From: Candidatus Zixiibacteriota bacterium
GTDB lineage: Bacteria; Zixibacteria; MSB-5A5; GN15; JAAZOE01
DNA length: 64,000 nt
Assembly: GCA_043819555.1 (NCBI GenBank)
Contig: JBDREQ010000064.1
Location: 1-64,000, forward strand
Direction: 5' to 3'
Below the pieces are notes generated by a model that was not told the origin of the DNA, made no database searches, and worked only from the letters and a program-made list of their open reading frames with translations. Positions 38,874 to 48,798 of this stretch are shown here, piece by piece. Within the stretch, counting starts at the first letter, position 1, and each line of letters starts with the position of its first letter. The translations under genes and the position numbers were made by a program.

Positions 38874-41780
38874 TTATTTTTTCTTTTTGGCACCCTTTTT
38901 CTTGGCAGCCGCCTTTTTCAAGGCAGGTTTCTTGGCGCCGCCCTTAATTGATTTGATGTTGGTTTTGGCGGTTTTCTTTTGGGAAGCTGCTTTTGGAGCC
39001 GGTTTCTTTTTGGCCGGAGTCTTGGTTGTTTCCTTTGGCTTAGTCACCACCTTTTGGGCCGCCATCTTTTTGCCCGTCGGTTTGGCCAGCGTACCTTTAT
39101 CTCTTAGGGTCGCTTGAGCCGCTACCAGTCGAGCAATCGGAACTCTGAAAGGTGAACAGGATACGTAGTTGAGCCCGACGTCATGGCAAAACTGAATCGA
39201 AGCAGGGTCGCCGCCATGCTCGCCGCAAATACCCACTTTCAATTCAGGATTAACGGAACGGCCTTTTTCGCATCCCATCTTTACCAGCTGGCCGACACCT
39301 ACCGTATCCAAAGAAACAAACGGATCAGCCGGCAATATGCCCTTCTCGACATAATAATTGAGAAACTTACCGGCATCATCGCGAGAAAATCCCATTGACA
39401 TCTGCGTCAGATCATTGGTTCCGAATGAGAAAAATTGAGCTTCTGCCGCGATTTCATCAGCGGTTAAAGCCGCCCTCGGAATCTCAATCATCGTTCCGAC
39501 CAGATATTTTAGTTTGGATTTCTTGCGGCTGGTAATTTCGAGAGCGATGCGCTCAACGATTTCCTTCTGATTCTTAAATTCATTGACATGACCAATCAAC
39601 GGTATCATTATTTCAGGATATACTTTTTTGCCTTTCTTGGTCAATTCATTGGCCGCCTCAAGAATGGCCCGAACCTGCATTTCAGTGATCTCAGGATAAA
39701 CAATGCCCAAGCGGCAACCACGATGGCCCAGCATGGGATTCATTTCATGAAGCTCGTCAATGCGCTGTAGCATCTTCTCAATTTTTTCCAGTTTCTCTTC
39801 ATATTGTTCGTCAGACTTTTCGAGCAATCCTATGCGAGCTTCGACCTCTTCTCGATTCGGGAGGAATTCATGAAGGGGCGGATCAAGAGTCCTGATAGTT
39901 ACCGGATAACCCTCCATGGCCGCAAAGATTTTCTTGAAATCATCTTTCTGGAATGGAAGGAGTTTATCCAGAGCGGCCTGCCGTTCTTCGGTTGTCTCAG
40001 CAAGTATCATTTCCTGTACAATCGGCAAACGCTCCTCGGAGAAAAACATATGTTCAGTGCGGCAAAGACCGATGCCTTCGGCTCCAAACTTTATCGCTTT
40101 GATGGAATCAGCCGGAGTGTCGGCGTTAGTGCGAACGCCCAGTTTTCGATATTTATCGGCCCATTCCATAAGTTCCGCGAATTCGCCCGATAATTCCGGT
40201 TCGATCGTGGGCACTTCGCCCACAATTACTTCACCAGTCGAACCATTGATGGTAATTACTTCGCCTTCCTTAATAATAAGACGGCCGATATGAAATCGCT
40301 TTTTGGCTTCGTCAACACGAATCTTTTCACAGCCGGCCACACAAGGCTTTCCCATTCCGCGCGCGACGACAGCCGCGTGCGAAGTCATACCGCCCCGACT
40401 GGTCAGGATTCCAGCGGCAGAGTTCATCCCTTCAATATCATCCGGATTAGTTTCCTGTCTGACCAAAATGCATTTTTTCTTTGCCGACACCCGTACCGCT
40501 TCCTCGGCGGTAAAAACGACCATACCGGAACCGGCACCGGGAGACGCGGCCAATCCGGTAGCCACCGAAGTATATTCGACTTTTGGATCCAAACGCGGAT
40601 GCAATAGCTGATCAAGCTGAGTCGGCTCAATACGCATCAGAGCTTCCTCTTCGGATATTAAGCCTTCTTTGACCATATCCGTCGCAATCTTCAAAGCGGC
40701 CTGGATGGTGCGCTTTCCGGAACGCGTCTGAAGCATATACAGTTTGCCTTCCTGAATAGTAAACTCAAAATCCTGAACATCCCGATAATGAGCCTCAAGA
40801 CGATCCGTAATATCTTTTAGCTGTTTATAAACATCCGGCATATCCGTTTTAAGCTGACCGATTTGAAGAGGAGTTCTGATTCCGGCGACGACATCCTCAC
40901 CCTGAGCATTATGCAGGTACTCTCCATAGAAAACCTTTGCGCCACTGCCCGGATCGCGGGTGAACCCAACGCCGGTGCCGGAAGTATTGCCCATATTTCC
41001 GTAAACCATAACCTGCACATTCACCGCCGTTCCCAGATTCGAAGGGATATTATTTAAGCGGCGGTAGCTAATCGCTCTGGGATTATTCCAGGAACGAAAA
41101 ACCGCGTCGCGTGACATTGCCAGCTGCTTATAAGGATCCTCCGGGAAAGGTTCACCGGTTTTCTTAAGTACGATTTTTTTAAATTTCGCAACAATTTCCT
41201 GAAGATCCTTAACCTGAAGAGAACTATCCTGCTTAATCCGTTTGTCCTTCTTTTTCGCGGTTATTACTTCCTCAAAGATATCTTTATCAATACCAAGAAC
41301 GACATTTCCAAACATGGAAATGAAGCGCCGATAATTATCATAACCAAAACGCTCATCACCGGCCCTGGCGATAAAACCTTTCAAGGTTTCTTCATTTAAT
41401 CCCAGATTCAGAACCGTATCCATCATACCGGGCATTGAAAACTTGGCGCCCGAGCGAACCGATACCAGAAGCGGATTTGTAGGATCGCCAAATTTGGCTC
41501 CCATGATTTTCTCCACTTTGGCCATGTATGATTTCATCTCTTTTTCAAAACCCGATGGCAAGCTCATATTATTTTCATAATACGCCAGACATGCTTCGGT
41601 CGTGATTGTAAATCCCGGCGGAACCGGAATCTTAATATTGGTCATTTCGGCCAGGCCGGCGCCTTTACCGCCAAGGAGATCTTTCATATCTCCCCTGCCC
41701 TCAGCCTTGCCAGCGCCAAAGAAATAGATAAATTTAGATTCAGCCTTGCTTGCTCTTTTTGTTTGACTTTTCTTAACCAT
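38874..41780 (-). CDS. ppdK: Pyruvate, phosphate dikinase with Lys/Ala-rich C-terminal tail
   Basis: 'LLGGKGAGLAEM', 'LLVSVRSGA..SMPGMMDT', 'GGMTSHAAVVARG', 'FSFGTNDLTQ', 'GICGEHGG'. Confidence 0.97.
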   Translation of the reverse strand: MVKKSQTKRASKAESKFIYFFGAGKAEGRGDMKDLLGGKGAGLAEMTNIKIPVPPGFTITTEACLAYYENNMSLPSGFEKEMKSYMAKVEKIMGAKFGDPTNPLLVSVRSGAKFSMPGMMDTVLNLGLNEETLKGFIARAGDERFGYDNYRRFISMFGNVVLGIDKDIFEEVITAKKKDKRIKQDSSLQVKDLQEIVAKFKKIVLKKTGEPFPEDPYKQLAMSRDAVFRSWNNPRAISYRRLNNIPSNLGTAVNVQVMVYGNMGNTSGTGVGFTRDPGSGAKVFYGEYLHNAQGEDVVAGIRTPLQIGQLKTDMPDVYKQLKDITDRLEAHYRDVQDFEFTIQEGKLYMLQTRSGKRTIQAALKIATDMVKEGLISEEEALMRIEPTQLDQLLHPRLDPKVEYTSVATGLAASPGAGSGMVVFTAEEAVRVSAKKKCILVRQETNPDDIEGMNSAAGILTSRGGMTSHAAVVARGMGKPCVAGCEKIRVDEAKKRFHIGRLIIKEGEVITINGSTGEVIVGEVPTIEPELSGEFAELMEWADKYRKLGVRTNADTPADSIKAIKFGAEGIGLCRTEHMFFSEERLPIVQEMILAETTEERQAALDKLLPFQKDDFKKIFAAMEGYPVTIRTLDPPLHEFLPNREEVEARIGLLEKSDEQYEEKLEKIEKMLQRIDELHEMNPMLGHRGCRLGIVYPEITEMQVRAILEAANELTKKGKKVYPEIMIPLIGHVNEFKNQKEIVERIALEITSRKKSKLKYLVGTMIEIPRAALTADEIAAEAQFFSFGTNDLTQMSMGFSRDDAGKFLNYYVEKGILPADPFVSLDTVGVGQLVKMGCEKGRSVNPELKVGICGEHGGDPASIQFCHDVGLNYVSCSPFRVPIARLVAAQATLRDKGTLAKPTGKKMAAQKVVTKPKETTKTPAKKKPAPKAASQKKTAKTNIKSIKGGAKKPALKKAAAKKKGAKKKK

Positions 41781-42055
41781 TTTCTTTATCTCCGCAAATC
41801 GTTTATGGTTTGAAGCTGTATTTACAAAAATTATGAACAATTTTCAAGTGTAAAGGCATAAACAAACTCTAAAAATCAATTTTTGTGGACTAAAATACCG
41901 ATTTTTAGGTATAATTCAGTACAAAATTACATATTGCTGCTTTTTTGGCTTTTATTTCACGCCAATCCTGTCGCTTGTTTTAGAGACACTGCCCCATTAG
42001 GCAAGAAACATAATAAATTTCATCCATATAATAAATCGAAAAAGAAGAGTATTAA

Positions 42056-42361
42056 TTACATTGTAAACAGCCGTTCACCGGTAATAATTTTCTCCAGCAT
42101 CTTGATGGTTTTTTCTACCGGTGAATTCATTAAATCACAGGTGTTAAAGGTGTGGCGGGTCGCCTCTCGAGGACAGACAAAGTTGGCCTTGCCACGCCCC
42201 CCTCTCTTTTTCTTATGGGTCAGATTATATAACCGCTGATACTCCTTGGCCTTCTCCTTATGCATCTGATAATAGTGGCGCTGATACTCCCTGCGGGCTT
42301 CAGCCGTTGATAATCTACCCTTACTTATTCTTGTGGTAGAAGAATCAGTCTTCCGTGCCAT
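42056..42361 (-). CDS. Small basic hypothetical protein
   Basis: GAGGTG RBS and its own promoter. Arg/Lys/Tyr-rich helix 'RREYQRHYYQMHKEKAKEYQR'. Confidence 0.75.
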   Translation of the reverse strand: MARKTDSSTTRISKGRLSTAEARREYQRHYYQMHKEKAKEYQRLYNLTHKKKRGGRGKANFVCPREATRHTFNTCDLMNSPVEKTIKMLEKIITGERLFTM

Positions 42362-42452
42362 TCTTCACCTCACTTTTGCCTTGGTTAGAAAACCCCAGGT
42401 TACTCCTGATATCTCGTAAGTCTTCTTATTACAAGGAAATCCCACAGCGATT

Positions 42453-42481
42453 ATATTAAAAATATCGGCCGCCTTTGTCAA
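42453..42481 (-). promoter_or_regulatory. Sigma70-type promoter
   Basis: TTGACA-N17-TAATAT on the minus strand. Confidence 0.6.
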
Positions 42482-42790
42482 GGGATATTTTCGTTTTTTT
42501 GAAAAAACTTGCTTCATATCATTTTGTGGTCAAACAAGTTAGTTTTCTGAATAAAGCGAAACTCTTGTAATAAACTCCATTGTAACAACTTACGACTACC
42601 ACCGCAACTCCCGATCCAGCAATAGCTTAACATTCTAAAAGACACATTCCTACTGATTCTTTTTACAGGATTAAATTATTGAAAAAAAGGCACAGATTTA
42701 AATCTGTCTCCCCGCCTTTATAGTTTTAATATAGTACGTTGTTAAAACTTTATTCAATAATTTTTTTTGATTTTCTGGAAATTTTTTAAC

Positions 42791-42822
42791 AAAAAAAACC
42801 CCGCTCGATGACGGGGTTTTTT
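42791..42822 (-). terminator. Intrinsic terminator of the 12-gene membrane operon
   Basis: A8-CCCCG...CGGGG-T6 hairpin 25 nt past the last stop codon. Confidence 0.85.
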
Positions 42823-42846
42823 ATCTTATTTAATCTATACTAAATA

Positions 42847-43632
42847 TCAAGCCGGCGCCTGTGCTGATTTCTTTTGCAGGTGGCGAATGATTTCAAGTAT
42901 GATTAACAAAACCAAAATCAGGGCAATTGCCCAGACAACGGTTGTCATACCTCCTCCCCCTTCGAATCCGGCCGAGACCCAGTCGCGAATTATTTGAATT
43001 CTTTGAATGAAAAGCGAGATGCGCGCCATAACTGTATATCCAAACGATGCGCCAAAACCAATCATTAGAATATATATTCCAAATTTAGCGACACCGCCAA
43101 ACGTGCCCTTATGAGCGACCGAGAAAAAGAAGTAGAATAATCCGGTAACGACTCCTAAGATTATTACTACGTCTTCAAAGCCAACCCAAAATCCCTCGGC
43201 AAAATGCTGTTTAACATCAAACAGAATATTAACCGTATCGGCCAATTGACGGCTGACCCTGTTCTGCATTTCCGTAGGAATAGCTACACCGGTAGCGATA
43301 CCGATATAAAAGGCAATCGGATAACGAGAAATCCAGGCTTTCTTTTTGGAGAAGCGAAACCACATAAGCACTCCAAGAATTCCCGGGAATAAATACCACC
43401 ATTGTCCTCCCCAGAATTGCCACCAGGGCTGTTCCGGCGTCATCCAGACTTTGTCAAAGAGAGTCGGGATTAAACTGGTATAGACCAGAATCATCGAAAA
43501 GTAACCGGCTGATACGCCGACAAATAAACTCTCGGAAAATTTATAAAACGGATTGTCTTTATACAGAAATGAAAACGTACACAGGGTGAGACAAACACCG
43601 AGAGTCGTCCAAAGAAAAGTTGCCCAATCCAT
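42847..43632 (-). CDS. Cassette copy 3, subunit D: polytopic membrane protein
   Basis: Start reassigned to MDWATFLW (TGATG overlap with C3). Motifs 'SFLYKDN.FYK..E..FVG.SAGY', 'YFFFS..HKG.FG', 'FGASFGYTVM.RISL'. Confidence 0.88.
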   Translation of the reverse strand: MDWATFLWTTLGVCLTLCTFSFLYKDNPFYKFSESLFVGVSAGYFSMILVYTSLIPTLFDKVWMTPEQPWWQFWGGQWWYLFPGILGVLMWFRFSKKKAWISRYPIAFYIGIATGVAIPTEMQNRVSRQLADTVNILFDVKQHFAEGFWVGFEDVVIILGVVTGLFYFFFSVAHKGTFGGVAKFGIYILMIGFGASFGYTVMARISLFIQRIQIIRDWVSAGFEGGGGMTTVVWAIALILVLLIILEIIRHLQKKSAQAPA

Positions 43633-44495
43633 CAGTGCGTCCCTCCTCTCCGCCTGGAAATAAAGAAACCTATATTTCCAATCAAAATAAAGATTATGAT
43701 TGTCATATGGGTCCAAACCTGAACTCTCATGGCCTCCATCGCTGGACCGGGCTTTGCCCCCGGTAATTTTTTACGGAGCAATGTTTCGTATTCAGCGGCA
43801 CCGAGCATTCCACCCATAAGTCCGAATAATTGGCCAGAGCGAAGGTATGGATAATAATCGGCTGCGGATACGCCGGTTAGTCCAGCGGCCAGAAGAGCGT
43901 TATATCTGCCGTTGGCGTAAGAAAGCCAATAATCGATTCCGCTTGTCCCCGTGATTAAAATAATACCTTCGACATTATTGTAATTAACAATGCCGTTCAT
44001 CATTGGTATGCTGTCGGTCAGCGTATTATAATAATCACTGGGGAAGGATAACCTGTAATTCTGCCCCATACTCAGGATGACAATTCCCGGATATGGTTTG
44101 TATCCGAGAAACACGACGTCCTGACCATATGTAAGTTCACGTCCGTATTTGGTTCTCACCGAATCCATAACATCAAGCATTGCTGCTTCAGCCATCCCCG
44201 GACCGTTTGGAGATAACGCGGTAATTATTAGCTTAACCCCTTTTGCCATGGCCTGCTCCATGATAGCATAAGTCATCGGATGCAACTCAGCCATTGAACC
44301 GGGATCATAGTCCACTGCGAAATGGATATACTGGCCTTCCTCAAGATTTTCAACGAAATCATAAATCGAACGAACTTCCGGATTGACACGGAGAGGCGAT
44401 TCGAATTCAATCAGAACAGTAATAATAACGACTGCGGCAAGGATCAGGTATATCCATCTTCTATCGAGTCCTGCTATTTTTTCAAAAAAATTCAT
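43632..44495 (-). CDS. Cassette copy 3, subunit C: TM - periplasmic alpha/beta domain - TM
   Basis: 'DRRWIY', 'DYDPGSMAELHPM', 'YPY..SGQL.GL.GG..GAAEYE', basic C-terminal tail. Confidence 0.88.
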   Translation of the reverse strand: MNFFEKIAGLDRRWIYLILAAVVIITVLIEFESPLRVNPEVRSIYDFVENLEEGQYIHFAVDYDPGSMAELHPMTYAIMEQAMAKGVKLIITALSPNGPGMAEAAMLDVMDSVRTKYGRELTYGQDVVFLGYKPYPGIVILSMGQNYRLSFPSDYYNTLTDSIPMMNGIVNYNNVEGIILITGTSGIDYWLSYANGRYNALLAAGLTGVSAADYYPYLRSGQLFGLMGGMLGAAEYETLLRKKLPGAKPGPAMEAMRVQVWTHMTIIIFILIGNIGFFISRRRGGTH

Positions 44496-44508
44496 ATCTC
44501 ATCCTCCC

Positions 44509-45126
44509 TCAATCGCTTCCCATATAGGTTCGTTCAATACCAAGGATAACCTTGAGAGCAGTTCCCACCATACCCAGGCCGATTCCGATAACGATCGCTC
44601 GTTTGGCGGCCATATTGGGCACGTTTAGAATCCAAGCGGCCAGATCACCGATCGGTTCGCCCAAAAATCCCAGAAATGGATTAAATCTCAACATTATAAT
44701 TATTGCGGCAAGAAGTAAAACTGTTGCCAGAAGAGAGTGTGCCCTGAATGCCCGGAATGCCGCCGAGGCGATAAAAAATGCCAATAGCGAAAACATCGTC
44801 GCGTGAAGGGGCATTATTATATACAGGAAGAAACTACGGAACATATATGATTCCAATCCTCCAAATAGGGCAAAGATGGTCATACTAATTAAGCCGGCAA
44901 GAACAACAATCGCGTATTGCCAGTTTTCCGCTTTTCGTTTTATTTTATTGGCTGAAACTCTGATCAGCGACCATATCCCCAGAGCCAGCGCAAAAATACC
45001 GATAATAATTGTCCATTCCATCACAAATTCATAAACGAATTCCGAGCTGCTGTGAGGAATAAAAAATTGTACCGCCATAAACAGGCCGGTAACAAAGACA
45101 ATCATTAGAGGAATTTCTCTTTTCAT
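44509..45126 (-). CDS. Cassette copy 3, subunit B: polytopic membrane protein
   Basis: 'MKREIP', 'TMFSLLAFFIASAAFRAFRA', 'PN.AA.RAI.IG.GLG', 'GIERTY.G'. Confidence 0.88.
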   Translation of the reverse strand: MKREIPLMIVFVTGLFMAVQFFIPHSSSEFVYEFVMEWTIIIGIFALALGIWSLIRVSANKIKRKAENWQYAIVVLAGLISMTIFALFGGLESYMFRSFFLYIIMPLHATMFSLLAFFIASAAFRAFRAHSLLATVLLLAAIIIMLRFNPFLGFLGEPIGDLAAWILNVPNMAAKRAIVIGIGLGMVGTALKVILGIERTYMGSD

Positions 45127-45139
45127 AATTTAATCCTCC

Positions 45140-46369
45140 CTAATTACCGACCCGAAAAAGGTTCATAAAGCCGTCCCAATTAAAAATAGCCGCAACGACT
45201 CCAAGTAAAATACTAATTATAACTAGTGCTTTTCCGTAGTCCTGACCTTTTAAAGAACCGAGTAAAACCGGTTCGCGACCGAGATATGCCGAAGCTGCAT
45301 AGAGTTCTTCCCCGATCAGGGTATAATCGCAAGCCACAACGAAGAAAGGAATCTGAGTAACCTCATCAGTACCGGAAATCTGAATCGATCCAGTGGCTGA
45401 TCCGGTTTCTGCCAGGATAAGCGATTCGGCGTAAAATTTACCCAAATAAAAATTCGTCGCCGGTTTTTCTCGAACCATGATTCCATTAACACCGCCAACA
45501 TATGCGAACTGCTGATTGGTAACAAAGAAAATATCATCCTCATTGTAAGCGTCCGGACGTCCGGCATCATAGTAAGCGGTCTTGACAGTTTCCTGGGCGA
45601 CCGTCATAACGATCGGATCATAACAGGGAACAATTAGCGAAGTCTGATATTCGGCGACTTTTTTGGCGACGCGGCTGAGGATAGTAAACGATGCGATAGT
45701 CGCGACGTCCGCGGCGGTACCCAATCCCAGAACGTACAAAATCGGTTTTCCCATTTCCGTGGCCCGACCAATTGCTTCGTCAACAGCGTCAATTCCCGCC
45801 AGCGGGCGAACATATAATTCCGCACCAGCCCGAGCTCTCTGGATAAAATACAGAGTAAAGATAGTAAACAGGATTACTGCGGCCGCAACTGGAGTTTTTC
45901 CCCAGTTGTAATACTGCCCCACAGCACGTACCGGCCCAAATGCTTCCGATTCAGTATTGCCATTTTTCTGAAGGGCAACTATTTTATACCAGAAGTCTTT
46001 TTCTCTTGGGAAGTAATCAGCATTATCAGATTCCTTAACGCCGCTATCCCTTTCCGAAGTATTCCCGCGAGCAACATCTTTTCGTTCCGCAAAAGGTTCA
46101 TCCGGTGATTCCGCTCGCAAAATGCGATAACCGATGAAATCTAAATTTTCATCAACATCATCGGCCGATAACTCCCATTCCAGCGATATTGAATGACCGT
46201 TATCATTGGGAGTATCAACTGCATTTACGTTTGTGGGCGGCGCCGGCAGCGCAGATTCAGCGACACTATCGGGGACTGCTTCATCTTGAGCCCATCCGGC
46301 AACGGGAATAACCAGAAGTACCATGATAAACAGTAAAAATTTGTTTTTCATAATGACTCCACTCATCAT
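45140..46369 (-). CDS. Cassette copy 3, subunit A: FN3 + TM + DUF6754-like domain + TM
   Basis: Signal peptide, FN3 'PAPPTNV.A.DTPND.G.SI.LEW', 'GRATEMG.PI', 'ESLILAETG', 'ACDYTLIGEEL.AASAYL', 'GSLKGQD'. Confidence 0.88.
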   Translation of the reverse strand: MMSGVIMKNKFLLFIMVLLVIPVAGWAQDEAVPDSVAESALPAPPTNVNAVDTPNDNGHSISLEWELSADDVDENLDFIGYRILRAESPDEPFAERKDVARGNTSERDSGVKESDNADYFPREKDFWYKIVALQKNGNTESEAFGPVRAVGQYYNWGKTPVAAAVILFTIFTLYFIQRARAGAELYVRPLAGIDAVDEAIGRATEMGKPILYVLGLGTAADVATIASFTILSRVAKKVAEYQTSLIVPCYDPIVMTVAQETVKTAYYDAGRPDAYNEDDIFFVTNQQFAYVGGVNGIMVREKPATNFYLGKFYAESLILAETGSATGSIQISGTDEVTQIPFFVVACDYTLIGEELYAASAYLGREPVLLGSLKGQDYGKALVIISILLGVVAAIFNWDGFMNLFRVGN

Positions 46370-46390
46370 CTATTATATTTATTTTGTATT

Positions 46391-47203
46391 CTATTGAATC
46401 AGTCCCAGCCAATCATCCAACAAGAATGTCAAACGTCCGACCAGAAGCGATATTCGTCCCATCACTGTGTATCCGAATGAAGCCCCAAAAGTAATCATCA
46501 GAATCCAAATGCCAAAACGCGAGCTTACACCAAAAGCTCCCTTATGCTCCTTGCTGAAAAAGAAATATATTATTCCGCAAAATACGCCCGTGAAAACTAC
46601 AAGGTTGCTTAGCATTCCGACCAATTGACCGGACGCCGCAAGAGACATATTTGAGAAAAAATGTCCAAAGCCTTGCCAATCGACTAATAAAGGCATAAAC
46701 GTAGATGAAATCTGCGAAATAAAATCTGAGCGCAAGAATCGCGGCAAATTCAAACCGGCCGTGGTTCCGACAATAAATGCCAAAGCCCATCTCGATATCC
46801 AGCCGCCTTTGGGCGACAGTCGCATCAACAGGATTATTCCTAGCGCCGGAGGAATTAAATAATGCCATTCGAATCCGGCAAACGGCACATCAAACCAGTT
46901 ACTTAAAGTTTCCGATACGCGGGGGAATAGATTGCCAACCAATGTCGTCCAAAAACCGAGACACATCCAGTAAGCTGCGGAAACACCAACATACAGATGC
47001 TCGGCGAACTTGTAAAAGGTATTATCCTTATATAAGAAAGACAACACTGCCAAGGTTAAAAATGCCGCGAATGTTACCCAGAAGGCTGACGCAAATGAAT
47101 CGAATGCAGAGGCGCTTTCAGGCGAGCCCAACATTTTAGCCCAAATGCTGAATAAAAACAATACCGCCACAACCGCAACAACGATAACTGGTCCCTTACG
47201 CAT
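46391..47203 (-). CDS. Cassette copy 2, subunit D
   Basis: Same D motifs (SFLYKDN, YFFFSKEHKG, FGASFGYTVMGRISLL). Confidence 0.88.
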   Translation of the reverse strand: MRKGPVIVVAVVAVLFLFSIWAKMLGSPESASAFDSFASAFWVTFAAFLTLAVLSFLYKDNTFYKFAEHLYVGVSAAYWMCLGFWTTLVGNLFPRVSETLSNWFDVPFAGFEWHYLIPPALGIILLMRLSPKGGWISRWALAFIVGTTAGLNLPRFLRSDFISQISSTFMPLLVDWQGFGHFFSNMSLAASGQLVGMLSNLVVFTGVFCGIIYFFFSKEHKGAFGVSSRFGIWILMITFGASFGYTVMGRISLLVGRLTFLLDDWLGLIQ

Positions 47204-48119
47204 CGATATTTTTCCTTCTGCTCCGGAAGTAAGAAATATTCCCGATTACGATAAAAGCCATCACGACAATATGCGCCAGCGTTTGCGGTCCCATCATTCT
47301 CAGGGCGGGCGCTTCGGTATCCTTAAATTGAGGATATCTCTCCATTAATTTGGATTCATATTCAGCGGCACCCTTAACGCCGCCCAAAAGGCCAACTACC
47401 TGCCTGGGATAATAAGGGTATATCTGCGGAGCCACGACAGCCGCCAAACCCGCCGCAATATCAACATTCCCCGGATCACCGATGAATTGTATCCATTCTT
47501 TTGGTCCTGGAAATCCGCCTCCAATCGCAAGTATCAAATCCATATCCGTAGCCGAATTGACATTTTTAAAAATCGGCAATTCGGATAATTCAGTATTATT
47601 ATCATCGGTCGGGTACATTTTCTGGAAATCGGTAACAATGACATTCAATACTCCAACACCGCCAGCCTTAAATCCCAGTGATGTAAAATCTACGCCATAA
47701 ACCGCGTCGGGAAAATCAGTTTTCAAAACTTCTTCAATACTTTCGGTCATAAGCGCGTGGCCGGTAGCCCAAAGAGTCATAAAATACATTTTGTGCCCTT
47801 TTGACATGCAATGCCGGACAAAAGCATTTGCCATCGGGCCCACTTCAGGCTTCATCGCTGGATCAAAATCAAATGATATTAAAATTTTTGAACCGGGCGG
47901 CATGCTATCGATCTTTTCAAATACGGCCCTGACAATGGGTGTTGGTGTCTCTTTAAACTTAATATTGAAAACTATTGCGAAGGCGACGGATAAAAATATA
48001 AACAGGAATATGATGCGGCGATCTATATCTCGGCCCTTCAGAGAATAAATCAGGATGACCAATAGACCAATCAGTACTCCGACGACGGATAGAATTGAGC
48101 CGATATTAGTCATTATCAC
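47196..48119 (-). CDS. Cassette copy 2, subunit C
   Basis: 'DRRIIF', 'DFDPAMKPEVGPM', 'GLLGGVKGAAEYE', 'QTLAH'. Confidence 0.88.
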   Translation of the reverse strand: MIMTNIGSILSVVGVLIGLLVILIYSLKGRDIDRRIIFLFIFLSVAFAIVFNIKFKETPTPIVRAVFEKIDSMPPGSKILISFDFDPAMKPEVGPMANAFVRHCMSKGHKMYFMTLWATGHALMTESIEEVLKTDFPDAVYGVDFTSLGFKAGGVGVLNVIVTDFQKMYPTDDNNTELSELPIFKNVNSATDMDLILAIGGGFPGPKEWIQFIGDPGNVDIAAGLAAVVAPQIYPYYPRQVVGLLGGVKGAAEYESKLMERYPQFKDTEAPALRMMGPQTLAHIVVMAFIVIGNISYFRSRRKNIDA

Positions 48120-48780
48120 TCCCCAGATAAGTTCGTTCCATGCCTAATATCAGCCTGAGGGACATCGATACTACGCCTAAACCGACACCGATTAGAATCG
48201 CCCTTTGCCCCGCCAAATTTGGACCGTTCATAATCCAAACGGCCAAATTTGGAATTTGGAGAACGGAAAATGATTCGGGAATCCAGCCGGTTACGGCCAT
48301 ACCCAACGGTGTCCTGCCCAATAAAATAATAAATGCCGCAATAAGGAGTATTGTGGCCTCTCGATTTTTGGCGCGAAACGCCCTGTACGACGCTGAGGCA
48401 ACAAAGAACGCCAATAGAGCGTACATTGTCGAAGATAACGGCGCGATAATATTATCGAAGATTACTTTTAATGCGGTTCCTTCGGCAATAACCGAAGCCG
48501 CGATGTTTTCACTGCCGACTTTTAGCATGCCCAATATCAGAGTCAGCAAAAACCCGGTGATGGTAACGATTGAAAATCCCCAATCGGGTTTCTTGCGATA
48601 TACTTTGGCGAAATGTATGCGGACCAGGTTTCCTCCGCCGAGGAAAAACGCGAATACCGCGATAATATCAAAAAACAGCGAGAAATCTTCACCCAACGTT
48701 TGAGCGGTCGGGAAAAAAACCGAGAGGATCAGAACAACTCCTACCACTGATGTTATGACAATCGGTATAATGCGTTTCAT
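48106..48780 (-). CDS. Cassette copy 2, subunit B
   Basis: 'STMYALLAFFVASASYRAFRA.N.EATILL', 'AGQRAI', 'GMERTYLG'. Confidence 0.88.
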   Translation of the reverse strand: MKRIIPIVITSVVGVVLILSVFFPTAQTLGEDFSLFFDIIAVFAFFLGGGNLVRIHFAKVYRKKPDWGFSIVTITGFLLTLILGMLKVGSENIAASVIAEGTALKVIFDNIIAPLSSTMYALLAFFVASASYRAFRAKNREATILLIAAFIILLGRTPLGMAVTGWIPESFSVLQIPNLAVWIMNGPNLAGQRAILIGVGLGVVSMSLRLILGMERTYLGSDND

Positions 48781-48798
48781 TTTCTAATACGATCCTCG

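Noticed and set aside
42490..42790. ncRNA, oriC or dif-like site in the AT-rich gap
   Set aside because: No DnaA-box cluster, tRNA fold or convincing dif consensus; only weak partial dyads.
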